Shown here: positions 38,859 through 50,550 of the stretch, piece by piece | Position numbering within the stretch: position 1 is the stretch's first letter | Layout: every line of letters starts with the position of its first letter | Assembly: GCA_038231135.1 (NCBI GenBank) | Contig: JBBRLX010000002.1 | Coordinates: 1-64,000, forward strand | Reading direction: 5' to 3' | Source of the DNA: Candidatus Eiseniibacteriota bacterium | GTDB taxonomy: Bacteria; Eisenbacteria; RBG-16-71-46 | DNA: 64,000 bases | Position numbers and translations under genes: made by a program | Notes under the pieces: generated by a model | What the model was told of the DNA's origin: nothing | Databases searched by the model: none | What the model saw: the letters and a program-made list of their open reading frames with translations, nothing else

Positions 38859-39875
38859 TCACCCCAGCGCTGCCGCATACCCCCACGCCCTGAACTGCTC
38901 CGGCAGCACGAACACCGTCAGGTCCGAGATGCGCCCGTCCACGCCGAGCGTCAGCACCGTCAGGCACACGGCGGTGTAGACGCCGTCGTGGCCGCGCACG
39001 TATGCCAGCGCCGCCGGCTGACCGTTCATGGGAGTCGACACGAGCCGGTAGCGACCCGGTCCAGGCTCGCCCTCCCACGTCGCCGGATGCCGAAACGCCG
39101 CCGCGAGCGCGTCGCGGCCCTTCAGCCAGAACATCCATGGCGGCATACTCATGATGGCGTCTTCGGCGAGCATCGAGACGAACGCGTCGAAGTCACCGGT
39201 CTCCCACGCGCGCACCAGACGCGCGAGCGCCTCGGCCTTGTCCTGGTCGAGGCTGGCGCTGCGGGGCGCCGGAGCATCGACGCTTGCGATGCCGGCACGT
39301 GCGCGCTGCAGCACGCTGTGGAACCCGGCGACGGTGGTATCCAGCACCGCCGCCACTTCCTTGGCGTGCCAGTCGAGCACATCGTGGAGAATGAGCGCCG
39401 CGCGTTGCCGGGGCGGCAACACCTGCAACGCCCGCATCAAGGCGAGCCGGACGCTCTCACGCAGCAGCAGCGCGGCCTCGGGATCGGCAGCGTCCGGTAG
39501 CAGCGCGTCCGGATAAGGCTCGAGCCATGCAATGTCGTGACGCGGTCCCATCGATGGCGGGCCGGGCTCAACCTGCGGACCTACGTCCTGAGGCAGCATG
39601 CGCCGCTTGCGCGTCCGCAGCATGTCGAGGCACGTGTTCGTCACGATCCGATACATCCAGGCGCGGAACGCGCCGCGCGGATCGTAGGACGCGAGGCCAC
39701 GCCACGCCTTGATCCGCGCCTCCTCCAGCGCGTCCTCCGCATCCTGGAAGCTGCCCAGCATACGGTAGGAATACACGTGCAATTCGCGGTTCAGCGGCTC
39801 GAGGAGCTCACCGAAGGCCGCCCCGTCGCCCATCCTGGCGGCGTCGATCCGCGATATTGGATTGATTTCGCTCAT
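38859..39875 (-). CDS. ECF sigma factor with C-terminal SnoaL-like domain (SigG-like)
   Basis: YRMLGSFQDAED, RAWMYRIVTNTCLD, WLEPYPD, LPPRQRA, ETGDFDAFVSMLAEDA. Confidence 0.92.
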   Translation of the reverse strand: MSEINPISRIDAARMGDGAAFGELLEPLNRELHVYSYRMLGSFQDAEDALEEARIKAWRGLASYDPRGAFRAWMYRIVTNTCLDMLRTRKRRMLPQDVGPQVEPGPPSMGPRHDIAWLEPYPDALLPDAADPEAALLLRESVRLALMRALQVLPPRQRAALILHDVLDWHAKEVAAVLDTTVAGFHSVLQRARAGIASVDAPAPRSASLDQDKAEALARLVRAWETGDFDAFVSMLAEDAIMSMPPWMFWLKGRDALAAAFRHPATWEGEPGPGRYRLVSTPMNGQPAALAYVRGHDGVYTAVCLTVLTLGVDGRISDLTVFVLPEQFRAWGYAAALG

Positions 39876-40030
39876 GACCGATGAAATTTCCCTCCGGTGA
39901 CATTCATTGAGTAGACCGGATGGCACGCGGCGCCGCAAGCAGCGGCCGTCGTCGAACCTACGCGGGGGGCACGACGTTCCACTTCGTCAACGACGGCATT
40001 ATCGGGTCAGGAACCGGAATCTGTGACCGT

Positions 40031-40852
40031 TTAGAACTTCACGTTCATTCCCAGCATCGGTCCCGCGTCACCCGGCGTCACGGTCACACCGAACGGCGTG
40101 GAGTTGCCCCAGCGGGCGCGCAGGAAATCCTCGGTGCGGTCGGTGACCCAGTAGCCGACGGCGAAGCCGCCGATGACGTCGCTCAGCCAGTGCTCGTTGT
40201 CGCGCAGGCGCGACCAGCCGACGAGTGCCGCGGCGGGATAGGCTACGAACGGCACCCACGCGGCCTTCGTTTCACGGCTGAGCGCGGTGGCGGCGGCCAT
40301 CGAGATCGTGGCGTGCCCCGACGGGAACGACGCGTTGCCCGAGAACGGCTGGAAGCGGCTGGGATCGTTGGGCTCGTCGCGCGGCCGCGAACGGCCGACG
40401 ATCACCTTGGCTCCCAAGGCCACGACACCGGCGGCGACGAGCGAGATTCCCGAGCGCACGGCGGCGTGTCCGAGTTGCTCGTTGTGGAACAGCTTGCAGG
40501 CGCCCCATCCCAGCAACAGGGTGCCGCCCACGACCGTCGTGCTGCCGAGCGGACGCACGGCATCGGCGAGCCGCTTGCCTTTGCCGCTCGTGTTCGGAAA
40601 CGCGTCCTTGATCCGCTCGTCGAACGGAGCCGCGATCGCAACTCCGGCGAGCGTGCCGATGCCGAACCACAAGTCGCGGCGGGTGAGACCGGTCGGGCCG
40701 GGCGATTCCGAGCGGGCGTGTGCGGGGGTCTGGGCGAGGATGGTCTCTGCGGGGGGCAGTTGCAGTTCATCGGCGCGCGCCCGCTCCGCAGCCGCGGTCG
40801 CCGCCAGCGCGAGCACGACCGCCAGCGCCGCCACCCGCAGGGAGCGGATCAC
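40031..40852 (-). CDS. PAP2 family phosphatase with signal peptide
   Basis: K...GRSRP, SFPSGHA, SRL...EHWLSDV. Confidence 0.9.
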   Translation of the reverse strand: MIRSLRVAALAVVLALAATAAAERARADELQLPPAETILAQTPAHARSESPGPTGLTRRDLWFGIGTLAGVAIAAPFDERIKDAFPNTSGKGKRLADAVRPLGSTTVVGGTLLLGWGACKLFHNEQLGHAAVRSGISLVAAGVVALGAKVIVGRSRPRDEPNDPSRFQPFSGNASFPSGHATISMAAATALSRETKAAWVPFVAYPAAALVGWSRLRDNEHWLSDVIGGFAVGYWVTDRTEDFLRARWGNSTPFGVTVTPGDAGPMLGMNVKF

Positions 40853-40893
40853 CTCGCCACCGGCGAACCCCCACAGGCCGCGGCGGATCGCAG

Positions 40894-41229
40894 TCAGCTC
40901 GAGCGGGAACCCTCGCTGGCCTCGCGCAGATTGCGCACGTCGATTTCCCAATCCACCCCGCGACGATCGTCGTGGGCGACGATGTGCCTCGGATCCGAGA
41001 TGTCCTCTTCGGTCAGCAGCAGATGCAGCTGCGAATTGCCGCGCAGAAACACCGTCACGTTGGGTCCCCAGAATTTCACCTCGACGTTGGGAATGGCACC
41101 GAAGTCGTCGTTGACGATGCTGGCGCTGAACCGAGGGCCGTCGATCGAACGACCGTGAAGCGAGGCGGCGGATGCCGCCACAGGCAGGATACAGACAACC
41201 AGCAGGGCGGCGGTAGCGGGTCGGAGCAT
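40894..41229 (-). CDS. Small secreted hypothetical protein
   Basis: GGGAG RBS; signal peptide; 111 aa. Confidence 0.6.
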   Translation of the reverse strand: MLRPATAALLVVCILPVAASAASLHGRSIDGPRFSASIVNDDFGAIPNVEVKFWGPNVTVFLRGNSQLHLLLTEEDISDPRHIVAHDDRRGVDWEIDVRNLREASEGSRSS

Positions 41230-41465
41230 GACAGCTCCCTTTCATGCGCAGAGGTCCAGCCCGGTGCCCGACCACTTTATCACGCAGGGAACCGGCCCGG
41301 GGCGGCCATTCCCGTGACTGAAACCCGCATTCCCGGCCCAAATCCCACGGATGAAACCCGGACGACCCGGCCTGACATAGTAATAACATTGCACGCATGT
41401 GCCGATACAGGGTAGGAGACCCACCCCCCACATGTTTCTCCCTGGGCCGACCTCCGCGGAGCCAA

Positions 41466-42235
41466 TTGACGATCATTCGCTGGCAATTCCTCCATGCGCT
41501 GCTGGCTGCGGGCTGTGTCCTTGGGCTGGCGGCGCCCTGCCTGGCGCTTGCGACCCCGGGAACGGGACCTGCCGTCACGTTGGCCCGCCCAGCCCCGGGT
41601 ACCCCTGCGGTCCAGGTTTCGCCGGCGTTCGACGGCCGCGTTGTGGCCCTCCAGCCGTTCGGGGTCGTCGATGCCGCCCTGCTCCTCGCCACGGCCCGGG
41701 TGCTCCACCATGCCTGTCAGGTCGACGTCCAGTTGCTACCAGCCCGGGCGCTGCCCCGGCGCGCGTTCTACGCGGCGCGCCACCGCTACCGCGGCGACCG
41801 CCTGATCGACGACCTCGAGGCGCACACGCCGGCCACGTTCGCGAAGGTGCTCGGCATCACCGCCTCGGACCTGTCGGTGACGAACGGCCGCATCTTCGAT
41901 TGGGGTGTGCTCGGCGTGGCCGGACTCGCGGGCCGCGCGGCGGTGGTGTCCACGTGGCGGATGCGCCGCGGCGCGTCGCCGGACCTCGTGCGCCGGCGCC
42001 TGGAGCAGGTGGCGACCCACGAGCTGGGCCATACGTACGGCCTGCCGCACTGCGACACCCCGGGCTGCATCATGAACGACGCGAAGGGCACCATCCGGGT
42101 CGTCGACGGCTCGAGCGGCAGCTTCTGCCCGCGCTGCCGCCGCCGACTGGAGCTGGCGATGCGCAACGCCAGCGCGACACCCGGCAGCGTGGTCGCGCCG
42201 AAGCCCGTCCGGACTGACCCCGCAGCCGCTGGCCG

Positions 42236-42239
<4 letters not shown>
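41466..42239 (+). CDS. Archaemetzincin-family Zn metalloprotease with signal peptide (start uncertain)
   Basis: [12 protein letters not shown]...CIM...FCPRC; AVVSTWR. Confidence 0.85.
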
Positions 42240-44854
<2,615 letters not shown>

Positions 44855-44983
44855 GCGACGGTCACCTCCGTGGGGGCTCGAGACGCGAGATTAGCACACG
44901 GGAATCGCCCGATACCGTGCCGCCGGACGCGCTTCGGGGACGCCGTTTCGCCATTTCAGGGCCCGTCACGTTAGGATTATGGG

Positions 44984-45403
44984 ATGCACATTCCCCCGTT
45001 CAGCATCTTCTCCGCGATCAGCGAACTGCTGGTCACCGCCGGCGTGCTGTACGTGATCCTCCGCAACCGCTCCGCCCGGCGGTTCTCGTTCCCGATCTTC
45101 CTCACGGTCGTGCTGTTCGAGGGACTCGTGAACGTGCTGTACATGAGCCAGCGCGCGTCGCAGGCGTCGTCGGGCGCGGCGCCCATGGCGCCCGGGCTCC
45201 GGTTGTTCTTCGCGCTCCACGGCGTCGTCTCGCTGCTCGCGTTCATCGTGTTCGTGATCCTCGGCGTGTTCGCCCATCAGGATCAGAAACGCGGCGTGTA
45301 CTTCTTCCGCGACCGGCCCGGAGTCACCTGGACGTTCCTCGTGGTGTGGATCGTGAGCATCGTCTCGGGCGAGGCGATCTTCGCCGTCCGATACCTGCTG
45401 TGA
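44984..45403 (+). CDS. Four-TM membrane protein, DUF420-like
   Basis: Four hydrophobic segments, FFALHG. Confidence 0.65.
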   Translation: MHIPPFSIFSAISELLVTAGVLYVILRNRSARRFSFPIFLTVVLFEGLVNVLYMSQRASQASSGAAPMAPGLRLFFALHGVVSLLAFIVFVILGVFAHQDQKRGVYFFRDRPGVTWTFLVVWIVSIVSGEAIFAVRYLL

Positions 45404-45404
45404 C

Positions 45405-45860
45405 GTGACGCGGGGCACGCAGGGCTCGCCGCGCTCCCGGCGCCTGCGCGCGCCGCTGGTGCTCGCCCTGGGGGCGCTGCTGGCGTTCGAGGCGGCGGGC
45501 GGGGTCGTGCTGTTCTTCGCGCGCACCGCGTTCGGAACGTTTCCCGGCGTGAGCCCGCACGTGTGGGCGGGGTTCGCGCTGCTGGCCGCCTACGGGGTCT
45601 ATCAGTGGCAGCATCTGGCGCGCGTGCTGCCGCTGCGGCGGCGGCTCGACTACGCGCTCGGCCTGCTCGCCGCGGCGTGGTTCCTGCTGACGCTCACGAC
45701 CGGAGTCGTGCTCACGCTGCCCTGGTGGCGGGCGCGCGGCAGCGGCGGCACGGCGCCCTATCCCGAGACCGCGATGGCGCTCCACATCATCGGCTGCATG
45801 CTGGTGCTGACGTTCCTGGGCGCCCACCTGGGCGCGGTCCTGCAGCGCGATCGCAGGTGA
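45405..45860 (+). CDS. Membrane protein with His-containing TM helices
   Basis: PHVWAG...WQHL and ALHII...GAHL suggest cytochrome-b-like His pairs; starts 1 bp after the previous gene. Confidence 0.6.
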   Translation: MTRGTQGSPRSRRLRAPLVLALGALLAFEAAGGVVLFFARTAFGTFPGVSPHVWAGFALLAAYGVYQWQHLARVLPLRRRLDYALGLLAAAWFLLTLTTGVVLTLPWWRARGSGGTAPYPETAMALHIIGCMLVLTFLGAHLGAVLQRDRR

Positions 45861-45896
45861 TGGCGCTGCCCGGTCCGGCTGCCGCGTAAGGCGGGT

Positions 45897-47360
45897 CTAC
45901 GCCGCCCGCTCGATGTAGGGCATGAGCGACGGCAGCACACGGCGTCCGAGCGCGGGGAACGGCATCACCGCCGCCACCACCGCGTTGAGGTGGTCCCACG
46001 TGACCTCGCCGCTCTCGATCGTCAGCGACAGCTCGAGCAGCATGCGGTAGATGCGCTCGCGGTGCGCGGCGGGCACGTCGAGCGTGTCGATCTCGGTGGC
46101 GATGCCGGCGATCTCGGACGCCGCCGTGACATCGACCATCGCGTCCCGCTCGTGCGGGGACGTTTCGGCCGGGGCGAAATCCTGCTCCGGGTCGTCGCGT
46201 CCCGCGGACTTCGCGGCCAGGTCGGCCTCGCGATCCAGCAACTCGTCGGCCTCGCCCTGGTACTTCGAGAACTCGGCGGCAAACTCGGCCACCGGATTCG
46301 TCCGGTTCTCCCGATCGGCGGCGGCGGCGGGTGCCTCGACCGGGGGCAGGCGATGCTCGGTCTCGTACTCCGAGCCGATCACATCGAACGAGGGCGTGCG
46401 GCCGGCGGCATCGATCTCGGCACCGATCGTCGCCAGGGGATTCGACCACTCCGGGGTCTGTCGGCCGGAGGGCATGATCACCTCGACTTCCAGTTCCGGC
46501 GCATCGGGCAGATTCACAGGTGGTGCCGGCGGCGCCGCGGGGACCGGTGACTCGTCCGCGGCGTAAGACGCCGACGGCCGCTGACTCACGTGGAGCTCAT
46601 CGGGCTCGACGCCGCGCTCAACCCGGAACGAATCATCTCCTCCCTGCTGGGGCGGGCTCGAGGGTGCGGCCTCCAGCCCGGACGAGTCGACCACCGGAAC
46701 GCCGGGATCTTCGACCGGCGCGGTGAGATTCCCCAGGCCCAGCATGTCCTTCAGACGCGGACGGATCGGTTTCTTCACGGGCTTTGCGGGTTTGGCGTTC
46801 TTGCTCTTCTTCTGGACGCCCCGCGCCTTCTCGGCGGGTGCCGGCGCAGGCGCGGGCGGAGTGGCGTGACTTCCGGGAGTGGCGCTCGCGGGGGTCGCGG
46901 CGTCGCCGCCGGGCAGATCGATGGTGCGCACGCCCGCGGCCGGAGCGACCCACGACGATCCGTCGTCAGACGTGCCATCGAGGGTCAGCGTCGGCGAGCC
47001 GTCCATCGGCAGCTCCGATGCGGGACTCAGCGCTTCGGATTCCTCGAGCACGATCCCGATCTGCTCGATCTCGGTCACCCACGAGCGCAGCAATTGCGCC
47101 GCCTCGGCGCAGCCGCGCTCGAACGCCTCGCGGGACTGCCGTACGTCGGCGAGCGTGGAGGGCGGGCTGAACGGCACGCGCCGGAACCGGCGCGACTTGG
47201 AGGTGACGCCCGGCCAGATCCGCTGAATGCAGGTGAGCGCGTTCTGGCGCCACTGTTTGAATTGCGGATCGCGGGGGCTCGCGTTGCGAAACTGACCGAG
47301 CTCGCCGATCTGCTCTTCGAGCCAGCCGCATGCGGTCGCGGGGGTGACGTGCGACTTCAT
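45897..47360 (-). CDS. Hypothetical protein: two helical domains joined by a long Pro/Ala/acidic linker
   Basis: GGGAG RBS before MKSHVTP; helical-looking ends with a low-complexity middle. Confidence 0.7.
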   Translation of the reverse strand: MKSHVTPATACGWLEEQIGELGQFRNASPRDPQFKQWRQNALTCIQRIWPGVTSKSRRFRRVPFSPPSTLADVRQSREAFERGCAEAAQLLRSWVTEIEQIGIVLEESEALSPASELPMDGSPTLTLDGTSDDGSSWVAPAAGVRTIDLPGGDAATPASATPGSHATPPAPAPAPAEKARGVQKKSKNAKPAKPVKKPIRPRLKDMLGLGNLTAPVEDPGVPVVDSSGLEAAPSSPPQQGGDDSFRVERGVEPDELHVSQRPSASYAADESPVPAAPPAPPVNLPDAPELEVEVIMPSGRQTPEWSNPLATIGAEIDAAGRTPSFDVIGSEYETEHRLPPVEAPAAAADRENRTNPVAEFAAEFSKYQGEADELLDREADLAAKSAGRDDPEQDFAPAETSPHERDAMVDVTAASEIAGIATEIDTLDVPAAHRERIYRMLLELSLTIESGEVTWDHLNAVVAAVMPFPALGRRVLPSLMPYIERAA

Positions 47361-47603
47361 CGCGACGCTCCCGGCTTTGCCGCGGCCCGGCGTGGCGCGG
47401 CCGCAGCGGTTCGCGGCCTGCGGGTCGCCCGGGACCGCCGGGCTCCGCGGGAGGCACGCGGGACGCCGATGACGATCAGCGGCAGGCGGGTTTCCCGATA
47501 GCTCCAGAACCACTGCGCGCGTCGCGGGGGCTTTGCGGCATCGGCCGGCGCGGGCCACAGCCGCAGCGCGCCGCCGCCGCACAGCACACAGGTCGAGACC
47601 GGC

Positions 47604-48212
47604 TCACCACTCCGAGAAGCGCTCTTCCTTCCACGGATCGGCGTCGTTGTGATAACCGTTCTGCTCCCAGAAACCGGGATGATCGCGATCCACCAGTTCG
47701 ATGGCCCGGATCCACTTCGCGCTTTTCCAGAAGTAGCGGCGCGGTACGACAAGCCGGAGCGGCCACCCGTGTTCGGGCGTGAGCGCGACCCCATCGTGTC
47801 GGTCGGCAAGGAGCACATCGTCTTGCAGCAGCTCCGATCGTGGCAGATTCGTCGTGTAGTTCGGCTCCGCGTGGAGGATCACGAACTTCGCTTCCGGCCG
47901 GACCTGAACGTGGCGGAACAATTCCATGACCGCCACGCCTTCCCACACGTTGTCGTAGCGGCTCCAGCGCGTGACGCAGTGAATGTCGCTGCGCAACTGG
48001 GTGCGCGGAAGCTGCTGAAACTCCTCCCAGCTCCACCGGGCCGGCGTTTCCACCAGCCCGAAGATCCTGAGATCCCATGTCGCCAGATCCACCTTCGGAA
48101 CGGACCCGTAGTGCAGCACGGGCCATTTCTCGGTCAGGATCTGGCCGGGCGGAAGCCGTGGCTCCTGCCGCGGGCTTTCGGGTATATCGGCAGGTTCGCG
48201 TGCGGATTTCAT
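47604..48212 (-). CDS. Sulfite oxidase-like molybdopterin oxidoreductase
   Basis: RLPPGQ, DIHCVTRWS, EHGWPLRL, WKSAKW, GFWEQNGYH. Confidence 0.93.
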   Translation of the reverse strand: MKSAREPADIPESPRQEPRLPPGQILTEKWPVLHYGSVPKVDLATWDLRIFGLVETPARWSWEEFQQLPRTQLRSDIHCVTRWSRYDNVWEGVAVMELFRHVQVRPEAKFVILHAEPNYTTNLPRSELLQDDVLLADRHDGVALTPEHGWPLRLVVPRRYFWKSAKWIRAIELVDRDHPGFWEQNGYHNDADPWKEERFSEW

Positions 48213-48435
48213 GGTGATTTCCTCCGGGTCCTGGACGCCGCTTAGTCCATCCTGGGTCCGAGCCGGCGTTCGGGAGCGAGTTACAACTTCGCAATCTAAC
48301 GCAAACCCCCGGGCTCGCGGAAAATCGCGGACGCGTGCACGGAATCCTCGCATTGTGCGGCGCGTGTCTGTAACCTTGCGCCACTTGCTCCGCCGCCGAG
48401 CCACAGGACCCCCGCGACCGTGTCTGCCCTGGAGG

Positions 48436-50496
48436 ATGAACGCGTTGAAAGAGATCCGCGCCTGGACCACGAAGGATTCATCCTCGCTGTACAACGTCGC
48501 GGGGTGGTCCAGCGGTTACTTCCGCATCAACAGCGCCGGGCACGTCGAAGTGACTCCGTCGGGACCCGGTGGCCCGAGCGTGGATCTGCACGACCTGGTG
48601 CTCGACCTGCAGCGCCGGGGCCTCGGCCTGCCGCTGCTCATGCGGTTCCCGGACATCCTCGACAGCCGGATCAAGGCGCTGTTTGGCAGCTTCGACAACG
48701 CCATCAAGGAATACGGCTTCCGCGGCCGGTACCGGGGCGTCTACCCGATCAAGGTGAATCAGCAGCACCAGGTGGTCGAGGAGCTGGTGCGCTTCGGGGC
48801 GCCGTTCGGCCTCGGGCTCGAAGCCGGCTCCAAGCCCGAGCTGCTGGCCGGTCTCGTGCTGCTCGACAGCCCGGACGCGCTGATGATCCTGAACGGCTAC
48901 AAGGACGCCGAGTACATGGAGACGGCACTGCTGGCGCAGAAGCTGGGGCGCTATCCGATCGTCGTGATCGATCGCTATCGCGAGCTGGACCTGCTGCTCC
49001 AGGTGTCGCGCCGGCTCGGCATCCGGCCGCACATCGGCGTGCGCGCCAAGCTCACCACCAAAGGCGCCGGCAAGTGGATGGAGTCGACCGGCGACCGCTC
49101 GAAGTTCGGCCTGACGGCGACCGAGATCGTGCAGCTCATGGACAAGCTGCGCGAAGCGGACATGCTCGACTGCCTCGAGCTGCTGCACTTCCACATCGGC
49201 TCCCAGATCTCGTCGGTGCGGGCGATCAAGGACGCGATGCGCGAGGCCTGCCGCATCTACGTCGAGCTGGCCCGGTCCGGCGCGGGACTCAAGTTCATCG
49301 ACGCCGGCGGCGGGCTGGGGGTCGACTACGACGGCTCGTCCACCAACTGGTCGTCGTCGACGAACTACACGCTGCAGGAATACGCCAACGACATCGTGGG
49401 CCCGATCCAGGAGGCGTGCGAGGCCGCGGGACTCGAACACCCCGACATCGTCACCGAGTCGGGCCGCGCGCTGGTCGCGCACCACTCGGTGCTGGTGTTC
49501 AACATCCTCGACGTGAACGAAGTGCTGTCCGGCCACTCGGCGCCGGCCGTCGACGCCGGGGACCCGCCCGTGATCCAGCAGCTCATCGAGACCTGGCGCT
49601 CGGTGTCGCGCAAGAATTTCCAGGAGGCGTACCACGACGCGCTGCAGCTCAAGGAGGAGGCGACGAACCTGTTCAACGTCGGCCTGCTCGACCTGCGCGG
49701 TCGCGCCCGGGTGGAACAGCTGTTCTGGGGCTGCTGCGAGGCGATCCTCAAGATCATCCGCGAGCTCGACTACGTGCCCGACGATCTCGAAGGCCTCGAG
49801 AAGGGCCTCGCCGACACCTACTACGGCAACTTCTCGGTGTTCCAGTCGGCGCCCGACCATTGGGCGGTCAAGCAGTTGTTCCCGACGATGCCGCTCCACC
49901 GGCTCACCGAGCGCCCGTCGCGCCGCGGCATCATCGCCGACCTGACGTGCGATTCCGACGGCAAGATGGACCAGTTCATCGACCTGCGCGACGTGAAGAA
50001 CTCGCTCGAGCTGCACCCGTTCGACGGTACTCCGTACTTCCTCGGCGTGTTCCTCGTCGGCGCGTACCAGGAGATCCTGGGCGACCTGCACAACCTGTTC
50101 GGCGACACCAACGCCGTGCACATCGCACTCGACGACCAGGGCTATCGCATCGATCACGTCGTCGAGGGCGATTCGGTCACGGAGGTGCTCGGCTACGTCC
50201 AGTACGCCAAGCAATACCTGATGCAGCGGGTGCGCCAGGCCAACGAAGACGCGTTGCGCCGCGGGCTGCTCACGTTCGAGGAGTCGGCGCTGCTGATGCG
50301 CCGCTACGAAGACGGCCTCGCGGGCTACACGTATCTCGAGGAAGAGGAGCCGCGGATCGCGAACGGCGCCCACGGGCTCGAGAAGATGGAGGTGCGGACG
50401 GTGACTCCGGCGCCGGTCACTCCTGCTCCGCCCCCCGCAACCGTCACTCCCGCGCCACTGCCGCCCGCACCGGCGCCGGCGGGCAAGGGCCGGTAG
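48436..50496 (+). CDS. speA: Biosynthetic arginine decarboxylase
   Basis: YPIKVNQ (PLP lysine), GLEAGSKPEL, HFHIGSQI, DLTCDSDG, GAYQEILG. Confidence 0.97.
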   Translation: MNALKEIRAWTTKDSSSLYNVAGWSSGYFRINSAGHVEVTPSGPGGPSVDLHDLVLDLQRRGLGLPLLMRFPDILDSRIKALFGSFDNAIKEYGFRGRYRGVYPIKVNQQHQVVEELVRFGAPFGLGLEAGSKPELLAGLVLLDSPDALMILNGYKDAEYMETALLAQKLGRYPIVVIDRYRELDLLLQVSRRLGIRPHIGVRAKLTTKGAGKWMESTGDRSKFGLTATEIVQLMDKLREADMLDCLELLHFHIGSQISSVRAIKDAMREACRIYVELARSGAGLKFIDAGGGLGVDYDGSSTNWSSSTNYTLQEYANDIVGPIQEACEAAGLEHPDIVTESGRALVAHHSVLVFNILDVNEVLSGHSAPAVDAGDPPVIQQLIETWRSVSRKNFQEAYHDALQLKEEATNLFNVGLLDLRGRARVEQLFWGCCEAILKIIRELDYVPDDLEGLEKGLADTYYGNFSVFQSAPDHWAVKQLFPTMPLHRLTERPSRRGIIADLTCDSDGKMDQFIDLRDVKNSLELHPFDGTPYFLGVFLVGAYQEILGDLHNLFGDTNAVHIALDDQGYRIDHVVEGDSVTEVLGYVQYAKQYLMQRVRQANEDALRRGLLTFEESALLMRRYEDGLAGYTYLEEEEPRIANGAHGLEKMEVRTVTPAPVTPAPPPATVTPAPLPPAPAPAGKGR

Positions 50497-50550
50497 GCGG
50501 GTTCGTAATTCGGCGGCGCGGCCCGGCCTCGGGCGCGCTGCCAACGGTCG

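Noticed and set aside
44891..44917. CIRCE operator upstream of clpB
   Set aside because: Only the left arm (TTAGCACAC) matches; better explained as an extended -10 (TGcTAATCT) on the minus strand
47357..47818. Small CxxC protein between the Moco enzyme and the hypothetical gene
   Set aside because: No convincing start outside the upstream gene and an Arg/Ala-rich shadow-like tail; left unannotated
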